Shown here one piece after another: positions 27,501 through 37,414 of a stretch of DNA of 45,095 nt. Each line of letters starts with the position of its first letter. The stretch's first letter is position 1. The notes below the pieces were generated by a model, which worked only from the letters and a program-made list of their open reading frames with translations, searched no databases and was not told the DNA's origin. A program made the position numbers and the translations under genes. The stretch comes from Bacteroidia bacterium (GTDB taxonomy: Bacteria > Bacteroidota > Bacteroidia > Bacteroidales > VadinHA17), in the NCBI GenBank assembly GCA_026391215.1, contig JAPLDX010000057.1:1-45095 (forward strand), read 5' to 3'.

Positions 27501-29474
27501 TCAGTTATGTCCGGAACCTTCCTGGTTTACAAGTAAAATCTCGTAATCCTTTGTATATCTGATAAGATATAGTTTCTGATTTTCAAATCCGTCGTTAGAG
27601 TTTTCTCTTCTGAAGTCAAATTCGGTTTGGAGCAGATCAGGATTATGAATCTCTGGATGTGAAATAAATTCTTTACCGTGTATTGCCAGACCGCTTAAAA
27701 AGTAATAAGCAATGTCATATCCCTGCCATGCATAGCTGAGTTCGGCGGGTTCTGTCAGAAATTTATGCCTGAAATCGGAATTAAAGTTACGGATATCTCT
27801 TTTTGAATAATCAATCCAGTATGGTGAATACATAAGAATATCAATATCGAATAAATATTTTGAATCTAGATTGTCAATACCTCTCATGGCAGGATAACCG
27901 AAAACTTTGATATCAAATTTCTTTGAGAGGGCATGAATATCCATCAGGGATTCACTGATAACAGGAGCCTCTTCAGAGGCTATAATAATGATATTTCCGG
28001 TTACATCTGAAAGGGTATGGCCAAGCCTGTTAATAGAGTCATTGTTGAATATCGACCTGGTGCCAAAAGGAAATTCCTTGAACCTGATCTCGTCATAAGG
28101 CAGCCTGCTGCTGAGTTCATTGAATACCCTTTCCTTAAAATATTTTACATCCGGATTGATCCCTGTCGTATCAGTATGAATGAAAACAAAATTGTAGTTG
28201 TAGTATTCGCTGACCTTTTTTGCTATTGTATTCTGAGCCACTTCAAGCGATGGATTTGCCATGAAGAGCACCGGATTGTTAACCAGGGCAGAATTATTTA
28301 TGAGAGGAACCGGCGATACGACGGGGATGCCAAGCCCTTTTGCATAGGAAGCAACGAGGGTAAGATTATGAGAGTAAACTGGTCCGATTATCAGATCCAT
28401 ATCTGATAATCGGCCTTCCATGATGAGCCTTGTAAGCTCAACTGTATCGCTTTTAATATCAAACACATGCAGATTTATATCCAGGCCGAGGGAACGCAGG
28501 GTATCAGCAGCAAGCAGGACACCTTCATAGAGCTCGATGAATCCGATGCTGCGTGGATAGATCCATTCTTCAGGCCGGTTGACTACCTTAAAAATCTTCT
28601 TCCCCTTTACAATTTTTGAGGAATCAATATCCGTTCTGTCAGAGTTTTCATAAAGATAGAAAGGCAGCATTACAGCGACATCAAATGAACCTTCAATGTC
28701 CTTCACAGGTGTATAACCTGATGGACGAGGCAATAAAACAGGTTCCTCAACAGCTACAGGAATAGTATCAGTAACCCCTGGTTCAGGTACAGCTGCCTTT
28801 TCAACTGAAGGAACAGGGATCCTAAGATAATCACCAACCTGCGGGAACCTGATATCCCTGTTTTCTTTTCTGAGGTCCCTGACAGTAAGTCCGTATTTTT
28901 CAGCAATTGACGAGAGCGATTCCCCCCTGACGACCTTATGGAAAATATAATTCCAAACGGGCACTTCAAATTCCTGCCTTTCGGTCATAAATTCCCTCCG
29001 TGGGATTGCAATTTCAGATCCTACTGCCAGCTTGTTTATTTCGATACCCGGATTTGCTGAAATAATCTCATTTTCGGAAACACCATACAGCTTTGAAAGA
29101 GAATATACTGTTTCCCCTGGTTGAAGCCTGTGATAAGTATATTTAGATTCATCCCTCCTGGCTTTAGCAGGCTCCTGCTGTGTAGGCCGGCCTTCAGAAA
29201 CCTCCCTCACAGGTATCCTGAGAGTCTGTCCCTCATTGACACCGTAAACGGCCGGAGGATTCTCCTTTGTCAGTTCCTCAACTGTAATACCATAAGCCCT
29301 GGATATTGAATAAGCAGTCTCACCCTTTTTTACATTATGAATATAATATGCTGTACCGGAAATAATTACCTTATCCTTTGACCGCTCCACTACAACCTGC
29401 GCACCTGCCTGTAGTGCAAAAATCATAATGAGGATCAAAGCCGGAAGAATTTTATAGCACACCCTGCCATTCAT
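27501..29474 (-). CDS. Multi-LysM protein with C-terminal periplasmic-binding-protein type 1 (LpoA-like) domain
   Basis: Three LysM units (HNVKKGETAYSIS, HRLQPGETVYSLS, HKVVRGESLSSIA); VAVMLPF; DLIIGPVY; GYDIAYYF. ATG 29474 avoids overlap with purC. Confidence 0.85.
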   Translation of the reverse strand: MNGRVCYKILPALILIMIFALQAGAQVVVERSKDKVIISGTAYYIHNVKKGETAYSISRAYGITVEELTKENPPAVYGVNEGQTLRIPVREVSEGRPTQQEPAKARRDESKYTYHRLQPGETVYSLSKLYGVSENEIISANPGIEINKLAVGSEIAIPRREFMTERQEFEVPVWNYIFHKVVRGESLSSIAEKYGLTVRDLRKENRDIRFPQVGDYLRIPVPSVEKAAVPEPGVTDTIPVAVEEPVLLPRPSGYTPVKDIEGSFDVAVMLPFYLYENSDRTDIDSSKIVKGKKIFKVVNRPEEWIYPRSIGFIELYEGVLLAADTLRSLGLDINLHVFDIKSDTVELTRLIMEGRLSDMDLIIGPVYSHNLTLVASYAKGLGIPVVSPVPLINNSALVNNPVLFMANPSLEVAQNTIAKKVSEYYNYNFVFIHTDTTGINPDVKYFKERVFNELSSRLPYDEIRFKEFPFGTRSIFNNDSINRLGHTLSDVTGNIIIIASEEAPVISESLMDIHALSKKFDIKVFGYPAMRGIDNLDSKYLFDIDILMYSPYWIDYSKRDIRNFNSDFRHKFLTEPAELSYAWQGYDIAYYFLSGLAIHGKEFISHPEIHNPDLLQTEFDFRRENSNDGFENQKLYLIRYTKDYEILLVNQEGSGHN

Positions 29475-29478
29475 CAGA

Positions 29479-30435
29479 TTATTGTTTAAATGTTTCGAGG
29501 AATCTCCTGCAATTCCTTTCAATCCTTTCAGTAACATCAGTTATATCTGTCTTAATAAAATGTTCACCGGTTATTTTTTCGTAAAGTTCTATATATCTGT
29601 CAGACACTTCATTGACAAACTCATCTGTCATCTCCGGAACTTTCTGTCCAAAATGTCCCTGGAATCCGTTCGCCATAAGCCATTCTCTTACAAACTCCTT
29701 CGATAACTGTTTTTGCGGAAGACCCTTATCAAATCTCTCCTGGTAGCCTTCAGCATAGAAGTAGCGGGAAGAATCCGGAGTATTGATTTCATCTATCAGA
29801 TATATCTTCCCATCCTTCCTTCCGAATTCATATTTGGTATCAACAAGAATCAGGCCATGGTCAGCCGCTATTTCAGAGCCTTTCATGAATACCTCCATCG
29901 CATATTTTTCGATCATGCTATATTCATCTTCAGGGATAAGTCCGCTGCTGATGATCTCTTCGCGGGAGATATCTTCATCATGCAGGCCTCGTTCAGCTTT
30001 TGTTGTAGGTGTGATTAATGGCTTCGGGAACTTCTGGTTTTCATTCATACCGTCAGGTATCGGAATACCGCATATTTCTCTGGCGCCTGCCTTATAAGTT
30101 CTCCACGAACTGCCTATCAGATAAGCTCTCACGATCATCTCTACCGGATAAGGATCACATATATGTCCGAATGTCACAGTCGGATCGGGTGTTGCAATTT
30201 TCCAGTTGGGTACAATATTCTGAGTTGCATCAAGGAATTTGTCTGCAATCTGATTCAGAACCTGGCCTTTATAGGGTATTGCCCTGGGCAGTACCACGTC
30301 GAAGGCTGATATCCTGTCGGAAACAACCATAAGGAGGTATTTGTCATTAATGTTGTACACATCCCTGACCTTCCCTTTATAAATACCTTTTTGTCCGGGA
30401 AACCTGAAATCTGAACTCAGAAGGGTCTTTGCCAT
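29479..30435 (-). CDS. purC: SAICAR synthetase
   Basis: YKGKVRDVY; SDRISAFD; DTKYEFG; [11 protein letters not shown]; SKEFVREWL. Confidence 0.96.
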   Translation of the reverse strand: MAKTLLSSDFRFPGQKGIYKGKVRDVYNINDKYLLMVVSDRISAFDVVLPRAIPYKGQVLNQIADKFLDATQNIVPNWKIATPDPTVTFGHICDPYPVEMIVRAYLIGSSWRTYKAGAREICGIPIPDGMNENQKFPKPLITPTTKAERGLHDEDISREEIISSGLIPEDEYSMIEKYAMEVFMKGSEIAADHGLILVDTKYEFGRKDGKIYLIDEINTPDSSRYFYAEGYQERFDKGLPQKQLSKEFVREWLMANGFQGHFGQKVPEMTDEFVNEVSDRYIELYEKITGEHFIKTDITDVTERIERNCRRFLETFKQ

Positions 30436-30444
30436 ATTCGTATT

Positions 30445-31413
30445 TTAGTTTCTGGGGTCGTTTATTCCGTTTTCTTCTTTCTCATAAGCCTTGATGATCT
30501 TCTTTACCAGCTTATGCCGCACAATATCCCGCTCGTCAAATTTAATGACCGACACACCCTCAATTCCCGATAATATTCGTATTGCCTGAATGAGACCTGA
30601 CTCATTCCTCCTTGGCAGATCTATCTGTGTGGTATCGCCAGTCATGATGAATTTTGAACTTGCTCCCATACGGGTCAGGAACATTTTAAGCTGACCCATC
30701 GTCGCGTTCTGAGCCTCATCAAGGATCACAAAAGCATTTTCAAGTGTTCTTCCCCTCATAAATGCAAGAGGGGCTATCTGGATTGTTCCATCCTCAAGCC
30801 AGGTCTCAAGTTTTTTATAAGGAAGCATATCATGGAGGGCATCATACAAAGGCTGCAGATATGGGTCGAGTTTTTCCTTCATATCTCCAGGCAGAAATCC
30901 AAGTCTTTCACCGGCTTCAACTGCCGGACGTGTAAGAACGATCTTTTTTACCTCTCTATCCTTTAATGACTTGACAGCCAGAGCAATGGATGTATATGTT
31001 TTGCCTGTTCCGGCCGGGCCTTCTGCAATAATAAGGTCATTGTTTTTATAATCATTAACCAGCTGGAGCTGATTCACGGTGCGTGCTCTTACAGGTTTTC
31101 CGCTGGTCCCAAAAACAAGGATCTGTTCAAATTCGCCGTTAGAGACCGACCTCATATGTTCAGAATCAAGAAAATATTTCTCGATATCCTGTTCATCAAG
31201 ACGATTATATCTGTGATAGTAATCGATCAGATCATTGAATTTCTCAGCAAAGATGGTGATCTCAGATTCCTCTCCCATGCATTTAATTTCATTGCCCCGG
31301 GAAAGTATCTTTATTTTTGGGAAAAAGCCTCGGATTTTGTCAAGCAGTATATTGTTGGCGCCGAAGAAGACAACCGGATCTATATCCTCAAGAAATATTA
31401 TTAATTCTGTCAT
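30445..31413 (-). CDS. phoH: PhoH-family ATPase
   Basis: GPAGTGKT; RPAVEAGERLGFLPGD; APLAFMRGRT; DEAQN; VRH. Confidence 0.95.
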   Translation of the reverse strand: MTELIIFLEDIDPVVFFGANNILLDKIRGFFPKIKILSRGNEIKCMGEESEITIFAEKFNDLIDYYHRYNRLDEQDIEKYFLDSEHMRSVSNGEFEQILVFGTSGKPVRARTVNQLQLVNDYKNNDLIIAEGPAGTGKTYTSIALAVKSLKDREVKKIVLTRPAVEAGERLGFLPGDMKEKLDPYLQPLYDALHDMLPYKKLETWLEDGTIQIAPLAFMRGRTLENAFVILDEAQNATMGQLKMFLTRMGASSKFIMTGDTTQIDLPRRNESGLIQAIRILSGIEGVSVIKFDERDIVRHKLVKKIIKAYEKEENGINDPRN

Positions 31414-31546
31414 TAAATTACTTTAAATTTCCGACCTTGCCTGCACACCGGTAAACCAGAATAAATTCATAAAAATTATCCCGGAACCGCTACAAAGTAA
31501 GTTTATTTTTCTTTAGAAGATTATCTTTGCTTTAAGTTTTTTCCCG

Positions 31547-32341
31547 ATGCCAGTCATTACACTTACAACAGAATGGAAGCCGGAAGATATCTATCACGGT
31601 ATCATAAAAGGGAAACTATGCAGTATGTGTCCCGGTATTACAATAATTGACAACGCCGGCAATATTCCTGTTTTCAACATTTCACATGCTTCCTTCGTGA
31701 TAAGGAATACCTGGAATAATTATCCCAAAGGCACTATACATATCATCTGTGTTCATTCAGAAGCCGGAAACAAGCATGATCACCTCATCGTGAAAGCCAG
31801 GGATCACTTCTTTATTGGTACCGACAATGGCATTTTCAACCTCATTCTGAATTCTGATCCCGATGAAGTTGTAAAAATTGAGCACAAGGGGTGCACTGAT
31901 GAGCTTGAGGTATTTGCAAAAGCCGCTGCAGGTCTTGTATCAGGGAAAAAAATGTCAGATCTGGGAAAACCGCTCGCCAATATCAGTGAACGTATACCTC
32001 TGAGAGCCACTATCGATAAAAATGTCATAATAGGAAGCATAATTTTTATTGATTCATACGGGAATGCTATTTCAAACATAACAAGGGAAGTGTTTTACAG
32101 GGTTTTTGAAGACAATAATTATAGGATACTTATACAGAGCAATAAGAACTACACCGATCATATAGTGGAAAAATACAATGATGTTCCTGTGGGCGAGCTG
32201 CTTGCAAGGTTCAATTCTCTCGATCTGCTTGAAATATCGATCAATGGGGCAAATGTATCAGAATTACTCAGTCTGTCAACAGGATCGGTGGTCCGCATTG
32301 ATCACTCTGTAAAACAAGCATCTCCCAATCACTTATTTTAA
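31547..32341 (+). CDS. DUF62 / SAM hydroxide adenosyltransferase (chlorinase/fluorinase) family protein, divergent active site
   Basis: MPVITLTT; YPKGTIHI; GTDNGIF; FIDSYGNAISNI; LLEISIN. TATCTTTG promoter element at 31522-31529. Confidence 0.8.
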   Translation: MPVITLTTEWKPEDIYHGIIKGKLCSMCPGITIIDNAGNIPVFNISHASFVIRNTWNNYPKGTIHIICVHSEAGNKHDHLIVKARDHFFIGTDNGIFNLILNSDPDEVVKIEHKGCTDELEVFAKAAAGLVSGKKMSDLGKPLANISERIPLRATIDKNVIIGSIIFIDSYGNAISNITREVFYRVFEDNNYRILIQSNKNYTDHIVEKYNDVPVGELLARFNSLDLLEISINGANVSELLSLSTGSVVRIDHSVKQASPNHLF

Positions 32342-32354
32342 AACCAGTCACAAT

Positions 32355-33200
32355 ATGGACGATAAGAAAAGAAGTGTTGAAGAGTTTGAAAAGCTCCTCA
32401 CCATCATGGACAAATTAAGAGCTGTATGCCCGTGGGATATGAAACAAACCTATGAAAGCCTGAGGAAGCTTACTATTGAAGAGACTTATGAGCTTGCTGA
32501 TGCTATTTTTTCAAAAAATGATGATGGGATCAGAAATGAGCTTGGAGACATTATGCTGCACCTGGTTTTTTACGCAAAGATTGGATCTGAAAAAGGTTCT
32601 TTTACAATGACTGATGTGCTGAAAGGCATAAATGAAAAGCTCGTTTACAGGCATCCTCATGTATTTGGTGACGTATCAGTGTCAGGAGCATCTGAAGTTG
32701 AAGAAAACTGGGAAAAGCTAAAGATCAGGGAAAATAATGGCTACAAGCCAGTCCTGTCAGGGGTACCGTCATCAATGCCTGCAATTGTTAAAGCCAACAG
32801 AATACAGGAAAAAGTAAGAGGTGTCGGATTTGACTGGGAGAAACCGGAGCAGATCTGGGATAAAGTAATAGAAGAGATCAATGAACTGAAGAATGAGATA
32901 CGGGATCAGGATGCAAAAAGAATAGAATCTGAGCTTGGTGATGTTATGTTCTCCATTATCAATGCCTCACGGCTTTATGGTATTGATCCTGAAGCAGCTC
33001 TTGAGAAAACCAACAGGAAATTCATAAAACGGTTCAACTATCTTGAAAAAGAGACACTTACTAAAGGCATTTCACTTCATGACATGAGTCTCGATGAAAT
33101 GAATGTGATCTGGGAGGAAGCGAAGAAACTCGACCCCCCTGCCCCATTGAATCATCAACCCCCCATCCCCCCTAAAGGGGGGCTAAAATCCAATACTTAA
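32355..33200 (+). CDS. mazG: Nucleoside triphosphate pyrophosphohydrolase MazG
   Basis: CPWD..QT; EETYEL; ELGD twice; RHPHVFG; GFDW. The last ~21 codons derive from a repeat cluster. Confidence 0.95.
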   Translation: MDDKKRSVEEFEKLLTIMDKLRAVCPWDMKQTYESLRKLTIEETYELADAIFSKNDDGIRNELGDIMLHLVFYAKIGSEKGSFTMTDVLKGINEKLVYRHPHVFGDVSVSGASEVEENWEKLKIRENNGYKPVLSGVPSSMPAIVKANRIQEKVRGVGFDWEKPEQIWDKVIEEINELKNEIRDQDAKRIESELGDVMFSIINASRLYGIDPEAALEKTNRKFIKRFNYLEKETLTKGISLHDMSLDEMNVIWEEAKKLDPPAPLNHQPPIPPKGGLKSNT

Positions 33201-33281
33201 TTGCTTTTTTTAGACCCCCTTCAGGGGGTGGTCCCGCTTCAGCGGGGCCGGGGGTAATTCCCCTTCAGCGTGGTGGTGGGT
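33133..33281. repeat. Cluster of GC-rich REP-like hairpins between convergent mazG and speB
   Basis: CCCCCC-TAAA-GGGGGG (33167-82), ACCCCC-TTCA-GGGGGT (33214-29), CCCGC-TTCA-GCGGG (33233-46), plus degenerate copies at 33133-51 and 33260-81. Confidence 0.8.
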
Positions 33282-34117
33282 TACCTGAATATATAACTCA
33301 GCAATTGGTAGATGACCTTTGCAGCAACAAAGTCAGGTGTTTTATTTGCCGGAGACGGACATAATTCAACGACATCAAAGCCAACAATATTTTTTCTTTT
33401 TGAGACATCCCTGAGGAAGTGCATCAGTTCAAAATAATCAGGGCCGCCTGGCTCAGGGGTACCTGTGGAAGGTATTAATGACGGATCGAAAACATCAAGA
33501 TCAATTGTGATATAAACATTTTCTGTGAGCTTATCTGCCGCTTCCAGGTACAGCTTCTTTTCATAGTAAAGCTCATGCGCATAGAAGATCCTTTCCTTAT
33601 CTATAAAAGGCAGCTCTTCAGCCGACACGCTGCGGATACCTACCTGTACTACCGGCGACAGCTCACGTATTCGTGCCATAGAACACGCATGGTTGAACCG
33701 GGATCCTTCATATTCCTGCCTGAGATCGGAATGTGCATCAAGCTGAAGAACTGAAAAATCAGGATAGAATTGAGTGAATGCCTTTACCGCTCCTATGCTT
33801 ACTGTATGGTTTCCTCCGATAACTACCGGAAACTTGTTTTCATTAAGCAGTTGTAATACCTTAGAACAGACAGCATTAACCAGGGCTTCCGGGGAGCTCT
33901 TTTCAAGTACAGGATCTATTGTGTGAATACCTTTCTTATGTACTTCGGTGTTTGTTTCAACATCATAGAATTCCAGGTTGACGGAGGCCTCTATTACTGC
34001 ATCAGGGCCCTTATCAGAACCTCTTATCCATGTGCTTGTTTCATCGTATGGTACCGGGACCAGAATTATCCCTGACCGGGTGTAATCATAAACAACTTCG
34101 GCTCCGCCAAAATTCAT
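33281..34117 (-). CDS. speB: Agmatinase
   Basis: GGNHTVS; DAHSD; HAC; DLDVFDP; TGTPEPGG; FDVVEL. ATG 34117 avoids overlap with the upstream gene. Confidence 0.9.
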   Translation of the reverse strand: MNFGGAEVVYDYTRSGIILVPVPYDETSTWIRGSDKGPDAVIEASVNLEFYDVETNTEVHKKGIHTIDPVLEKSSPEALVNAVCSKVLQLLNENKFPVVIGGNHTVSIGAVKAFTQFYPDFSVLQLDAHSDLRQEYEGSRFNHACSMARIRELSPVVQVGIRSVSAEELPFIDKERIFYAHELYYEKKLYLEAADKLTENVYITIDLDVFDPSLIPSTGTPEPGGPDYFELMHFLRDVSKRKNIVGFDVVELCPSPANKTPDFVAAKVIYQLLSYIFR

Positions 34118-34133
34118 CGCAGGTCGGATGTTT

Positions 34134-34694
34134 TTACTTTGTTTTTGTCTTGGAAGATTTCTTTTTTTCTCCCGGTTCATTTTTTTCTGTGGCACTCTTT
34201 TTTTTGCCTGGTGCCGGTTCCTTCTTCTTTCCAGTTTCGGTTACCGGTTTCTTCACTTTCTTTGGTTCAGTCTCTTTCCCCTTTTCAGTTTCTTCCTTTG
34301 CTTCAGGTTCTTCCTTAACCAGGAGGTTCAGCTTCTGAAGGATATTGTACCACTGCAATATCTTCCTCATATCGCTGTTATAAACCTTATCCTTGTTATA
34401 ATCAGGGACAACTACCTCAAAATAAGCTTTGAGTTTATCGGGATCGCTCTTAAAATCAAGAGCCTGGCCGCCGTTCTCTTTTTCGAAAATAAGATCAAAG
34501 ACTTTCCCCAGAGGCATATCTTCCTTTTCGGTAAACACTGTGATCTCTTCAAGCGAACTGACTCTTGCAGAGTTGAATGCACTGCCTCTTCTTTTCGATT
34601 CCAAATGCTCGACAATAATTGCATTTTTACCCTGGGCAATGAATTTAAAAAGCCCTGGTTGACCTGATATCGCCATTATATCTTTTAAAACCAT
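34134..34694 (-). CDS. Conserved Bacteroidota protein (DUF5606/DUF6852-like) with Lys/Glu-rich tail
   Basis: ISGQPGLFK; VSSLEEI; PDYNKDKVYNSDMRKILQWYN. Confidence 0.8.
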   Translation of the reverse strand: MVLKDIMAISGQPGLFKFIAQGKNAIIVEHLESKRRGSAFNSARVSSLEEITVFTEKEDMPLGKVFDLIFEKENGGQALDFKSDPDKLKAYFEVVVPDYNKDKVYNSDMRKILQWYNILQKLNLLVKEEPEAKEETEKGKETEPKKVKKPVTETGKKKEPAPGKKKSATEKNEPGEKKKSSKTKTK

Positions 34695-34766
34695 AATAAT
34701 TATTTTGTGTGTAAATTTAATTCTTGTACCGGAATGATCTATCTAAAAGGTAATTTTTCTTAAGCA

Positions 34767-35495
34767 TTACACCATATTTCTCTCTTTTTTGATTTTTTCA
34801 TATGCTTCATTGACCTTCTTGAATTTCTCATCAGCTGCTTTTTTGAATTCTTCACCAAGATGACTGACTTTATCTGGGTGATATTTTATTGCCATTCTCC
34901 TGTATGCTTTTTTTACCTCATCATTAGAGGCTAAGCGATCAATTTCAAGTATCTTGTACGAAGAATCTGTTTCCGGGATATACATATTTTTTATCGAAAG
35001 AAGATCGGAAGATGATATCCCGAGGTATCCTGCAATAGTGTCAATAAGCTGTACTTCTGATGGTTGGATATTCCCGTCAGCCAATGAGACATTGTAAAGA
35101 AGCTGAAGAAGCTGCAAACGAGAAGAGTAATCCATATTCCTGCTGATCTGGGAACAAACATCTCTGACCGGAATATCCTGTTTAAGAATGTCTTTCAGCA
35201 TCATTGTGGCTTCAGCGGCCGAATTACTTCCAAACTGCCTTACAAAGAACTGCTTTACATAATCCAGTTCTGATTTAACAACTTTACCGTCAGCTTTCAT
35301 TACTGCAGCAATAAGAACGAGCAGGCTGGCGCCAAAGGCTCCGGGGGTTGTTCTATCGTCTGCAAGAGAATAGGTTGAGGTTCTTACGGTGGTATTGTCA
35401 ACCATGGATCCTACAAAAAATCCCAATAGTCCACCGATAGGACCTCCGATTGCCCATCCGAGTCCGCCTCCTATCCATTTACCGAATCTTCCCAT
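34767..35495 (-). CDS. djlA: DjlA-like co-chaperone (TM, TerB-like and J domains)
   Basis: Gly-rich [11 protein letters not shown]; VMKADG; J domain with KYHPDK. Confidence 0.88.
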   Translation of the reverse strand: MGRFGKWIGGGLGWAIGGPIGGLLGFFVGSMVDNTTVRTSTYSLADDRTTPGAFGASLLVLIAAVMKADGKVVKSELDYVKQFFVRQFGSNSAAEATMMLKDILKQDIPVRDVCSQISRNMDYSSRLQLLQLLYNVSLADGNIQPSEVQLIDTIAGYLGISSSDLLSIKNMYIPETDSSYKILEIDRLASNDEVKKAYRRMAIKYHPDKVSHLGEEFKKAADEKFKKVNEAYEKIKKERNMV

Positions 35496-35502
35496 TTTAT
35501 TT

Positions 35503-36114
35503 TCAGGAATATAAGTGAGTTAAAATATCTTCATTTATCTGCAGGATAACCGGTATGATCATTTCATTTTCGGAATTATTGATCACATAATCCGATCTTT
35601 TGATCCTTTCCTCATCAGTCATCTGGTTTCTTATTCTTTCCATAACCTGTTCTCTTGTCAGCTTGTTTCTCAGGGTTACTCTTGAGATTCTCTCCTCAAC
35701 AGGTGCAACAATAGTTGCGATCCTGTCAACAAGCTTATAACCACCGCTTTCGAACAGGATTGCAGCTTCCATAATTACATAGGGTATAGTTTGCTCTTCT
35801 GCCCATTTTTCAAAAGAATCAAAGACAACAGGATGAACGAGGGCATTGACTTCCTTCAGGCGGTCCGGATCATTAAAGATCATTGAGGCCAGCTTCATAC
35901 GGTCAAGGATGCCACGCGGATAAAGATTTTCACCGGCTATTTCATTTATCCCGTTTTTCATCTTCTTGTCTTCATTCATTATTTTCTGGGCTTCAGAATC
36001 AGCAGAAAATACTGGTATTCCAAGGACAGTAAAAACCCTGCATACAGATGTTTTTCCGCTTCCTATGCCGCCGGTGATGCCGAGCTTCATTCCTGGTTTA
36101 ATTGGCTGCTTCAT
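35503..36114 (-). CDS. coaE: Dephospho-CoA kinase
   Basis: [11 protein letters not shown]; LVHP; EAAILFE. The start is 36114 or 36090. Confidence 0.94.
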   Translation of the reverse strand: MKQPIKPGMKLGITGGIGSGKTSVCRVFTVLGIPVFSADSEAQKIMNEDKKMKNGINEIAGENLYPRGILDRMKLASMIFNDPDRLKEVNALVHPVVFDSFEKWAEEQTIPYVIMEAAILFESGGYKLVDRIATIVAPVEERISRVTLRNKLTREQVMERIRNQMTDEERIKRSDYVINNSENEMIIPVILQINEDILTHLYS

Positions 36115-36137
36115 CTTCGTTAGGCCTTTATGCCATA

Positions 36138-36593
36138 TTACCTGACAGACAGGAATAATGTATCGGGTTTTACCGAAGTGATCTTGCACACAGCCTTCAT
36201 CTGAGAATTGAAATTCGGGACAAGATTTGAAGTTACAATGTAATAATCGGCTGATTTACTGTTTTGTATACGCCTGTAATTAACTTTAGAAAAATCGATT
36301 ACCAGGGGCGCATACTTTCCTGAAATTTTCATCCTCAGGATTGAATGGCCCGGTCCGCTTAAGAACAGATTCAGTTTCTGGGGAACGTTTTCATTCAACT
36401 TCCAATCCTTCGGAATATTATTATACCTGACAGGATACCTGATATCAGCTTCCAGATCTTTCCCGAGGGAATTGAGATACCAGAAGACAAATGACAGTAG
36501 AAGGAAGAAAGCGAATACAACTATATTCCTTTTGTTAAAACCTCTTGCCTCAATGGCAGGCTTCCCGGGTTGTATTTCTTTTTTTTTATCCAC
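36138..36593 (-). CDS. Short YbbR/CdaR-like membrane-anchored protein
   Basis: TM FAFFLLLSFVFWYLNSL; Y.NIP; ends at SVKPDTLF. Sits in the usual position between yajC and coaE. GTG start. Confidence 0.6.
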   Translation of the reverse strand: MDKKKEIQPGKPAIEARGFNKRNIVVFAFFLLLSFVFWYLNSLGKDLEADIRYPVRYNNIPKDWKLNENVPQKLNLFLSGPGHSILRMKISGKYAPLVIDFSKVNYRRIQNSKSADYYIVTSNLVPNFNSQMKAVCKITSVKPDTLFLSVR

Positions 36594-36611
36594 CCCGATT
36601 AAAAACAGAAA

Positions 36612-36944
36612 TTAACTTTGCTCGTCTGTTGAAGGATCTTTCACGAGGGCGTTCTTGTCAACCTTGAGTCGTACATCTCCTCCTGCATCCAAAAAAATGT
36701 AATTATCCCTTACCTCATAAACCCTTCCGTAAATTCCGCCCGTAGTAATAACTTTATCTCCTTTTTTCAGTGAGGTTCTGTAGTTATTCATTTCTTTTTG
36801 TTTTTTCATCTGTGGCCTTATCATGAAGAAATAGAACACCACAAAAACAAGGAGCAGCGGTATAAAAGTAATCAAAGCGTTACTTTGTCCACCGGTTGAA
36901 GAGGCGGGCTGTCCCATTAATAGTATGTAAGCAAGACTGGTCAT
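36612..36944 (-). CDS. yajC: Preprotein translocase subunit YajC
   Basis: FYFFMIRPQ.KKQK; LKKGDKVITTGGIYG. Confidence 0.96.
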   Translation of the reverse strand: MTSLAYILLMGQPASSTGGQSNALITFIPLLLVFVVFYFFMIRPQMKKQKEMNNYRTSLKKGDKVITTGGIYGRVYEVRDNYIFLDAGGDVRLKVDKNALVKDPSTDEQS

Positions 36945-36965
36945 TGTTTTAAATATTAGTTATTA

Positions 36966-37394
36966 TTAATTGTTTATCACTTCTGCAGTTATTTTCAGCA
37001 TTACCACAGGATTTGATGCATTCGATCTGACAGTTATGACTTTAGATTGAATGCCGTTTCTTCCTGAAGTATCAAAGACCACTTCAAGTTTACCTGTTTC
37101 CCCCGGGGAGACCGGCTTCCGGTCATAATCAGGAACTGTGCAGCCGCAGGTTGTTGTTGCTGACAGTATTACCAGGTCGGAAGTGCCTGTATTTTCAAAA
37201 GTAAAAATACACCCGACTTTTTCCCCTTCATCCACTTTCCCAAACTGATGCTCATATTCCCTGAAGGTAAGAACAGCCTTGCCTGTATCAGAGGATGCGG
37301 ACAGGGTATTATCACTGCTTCTTTGTGTTTTCCCTGTGCAGCCTGCCAATGCCGCGATAAAAATAATCAAATATAGCTGTACAACCTTTTTCAT
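36966..37394 (-). CDS. DUF1573 lipoprotein
   Basis: Lipobox LAGC; FENTG..L; TTCGCT; PGETGKLEVVFD. Confidence 0.88.
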   Translation of the reverse strand: MKKVVQLYLIIFIAALAGCTGKTQRSSDNTLSASSDTGKAVLTFREYEHQFGKVDEGEKVGCIFTFENTGTSDLVILSATTTCGCTVPDYDRKPVSPGETGKLEVVFDTSGRNGIQSKVITVRSNASNPVVMLKITAEVINN

Positions 37395-37414
37395 AAAACC
37401 TTTAATCCTGAGAA

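Noticed and set aside
31434-31457. GC-richer patch CCTTGCCTGCACACCGGTAAACC upstream of phoH as a REP remnant
   Set aside because: No convincing dyad and no second copy in the window.
32355-33200. MazG as part of an anti-phage or toxin-antitoxin system
   Set aside because: It is the ordinary two-domain housekeeping form with no mazEF or defence genes adjacent.
34128-34667. 179-aa Phe-rich plus-strand ORF resembling a membrane protein
   Set aside because: It is the reverse complement of the Lys/Glu-rich tail of the real minus-strand gene.
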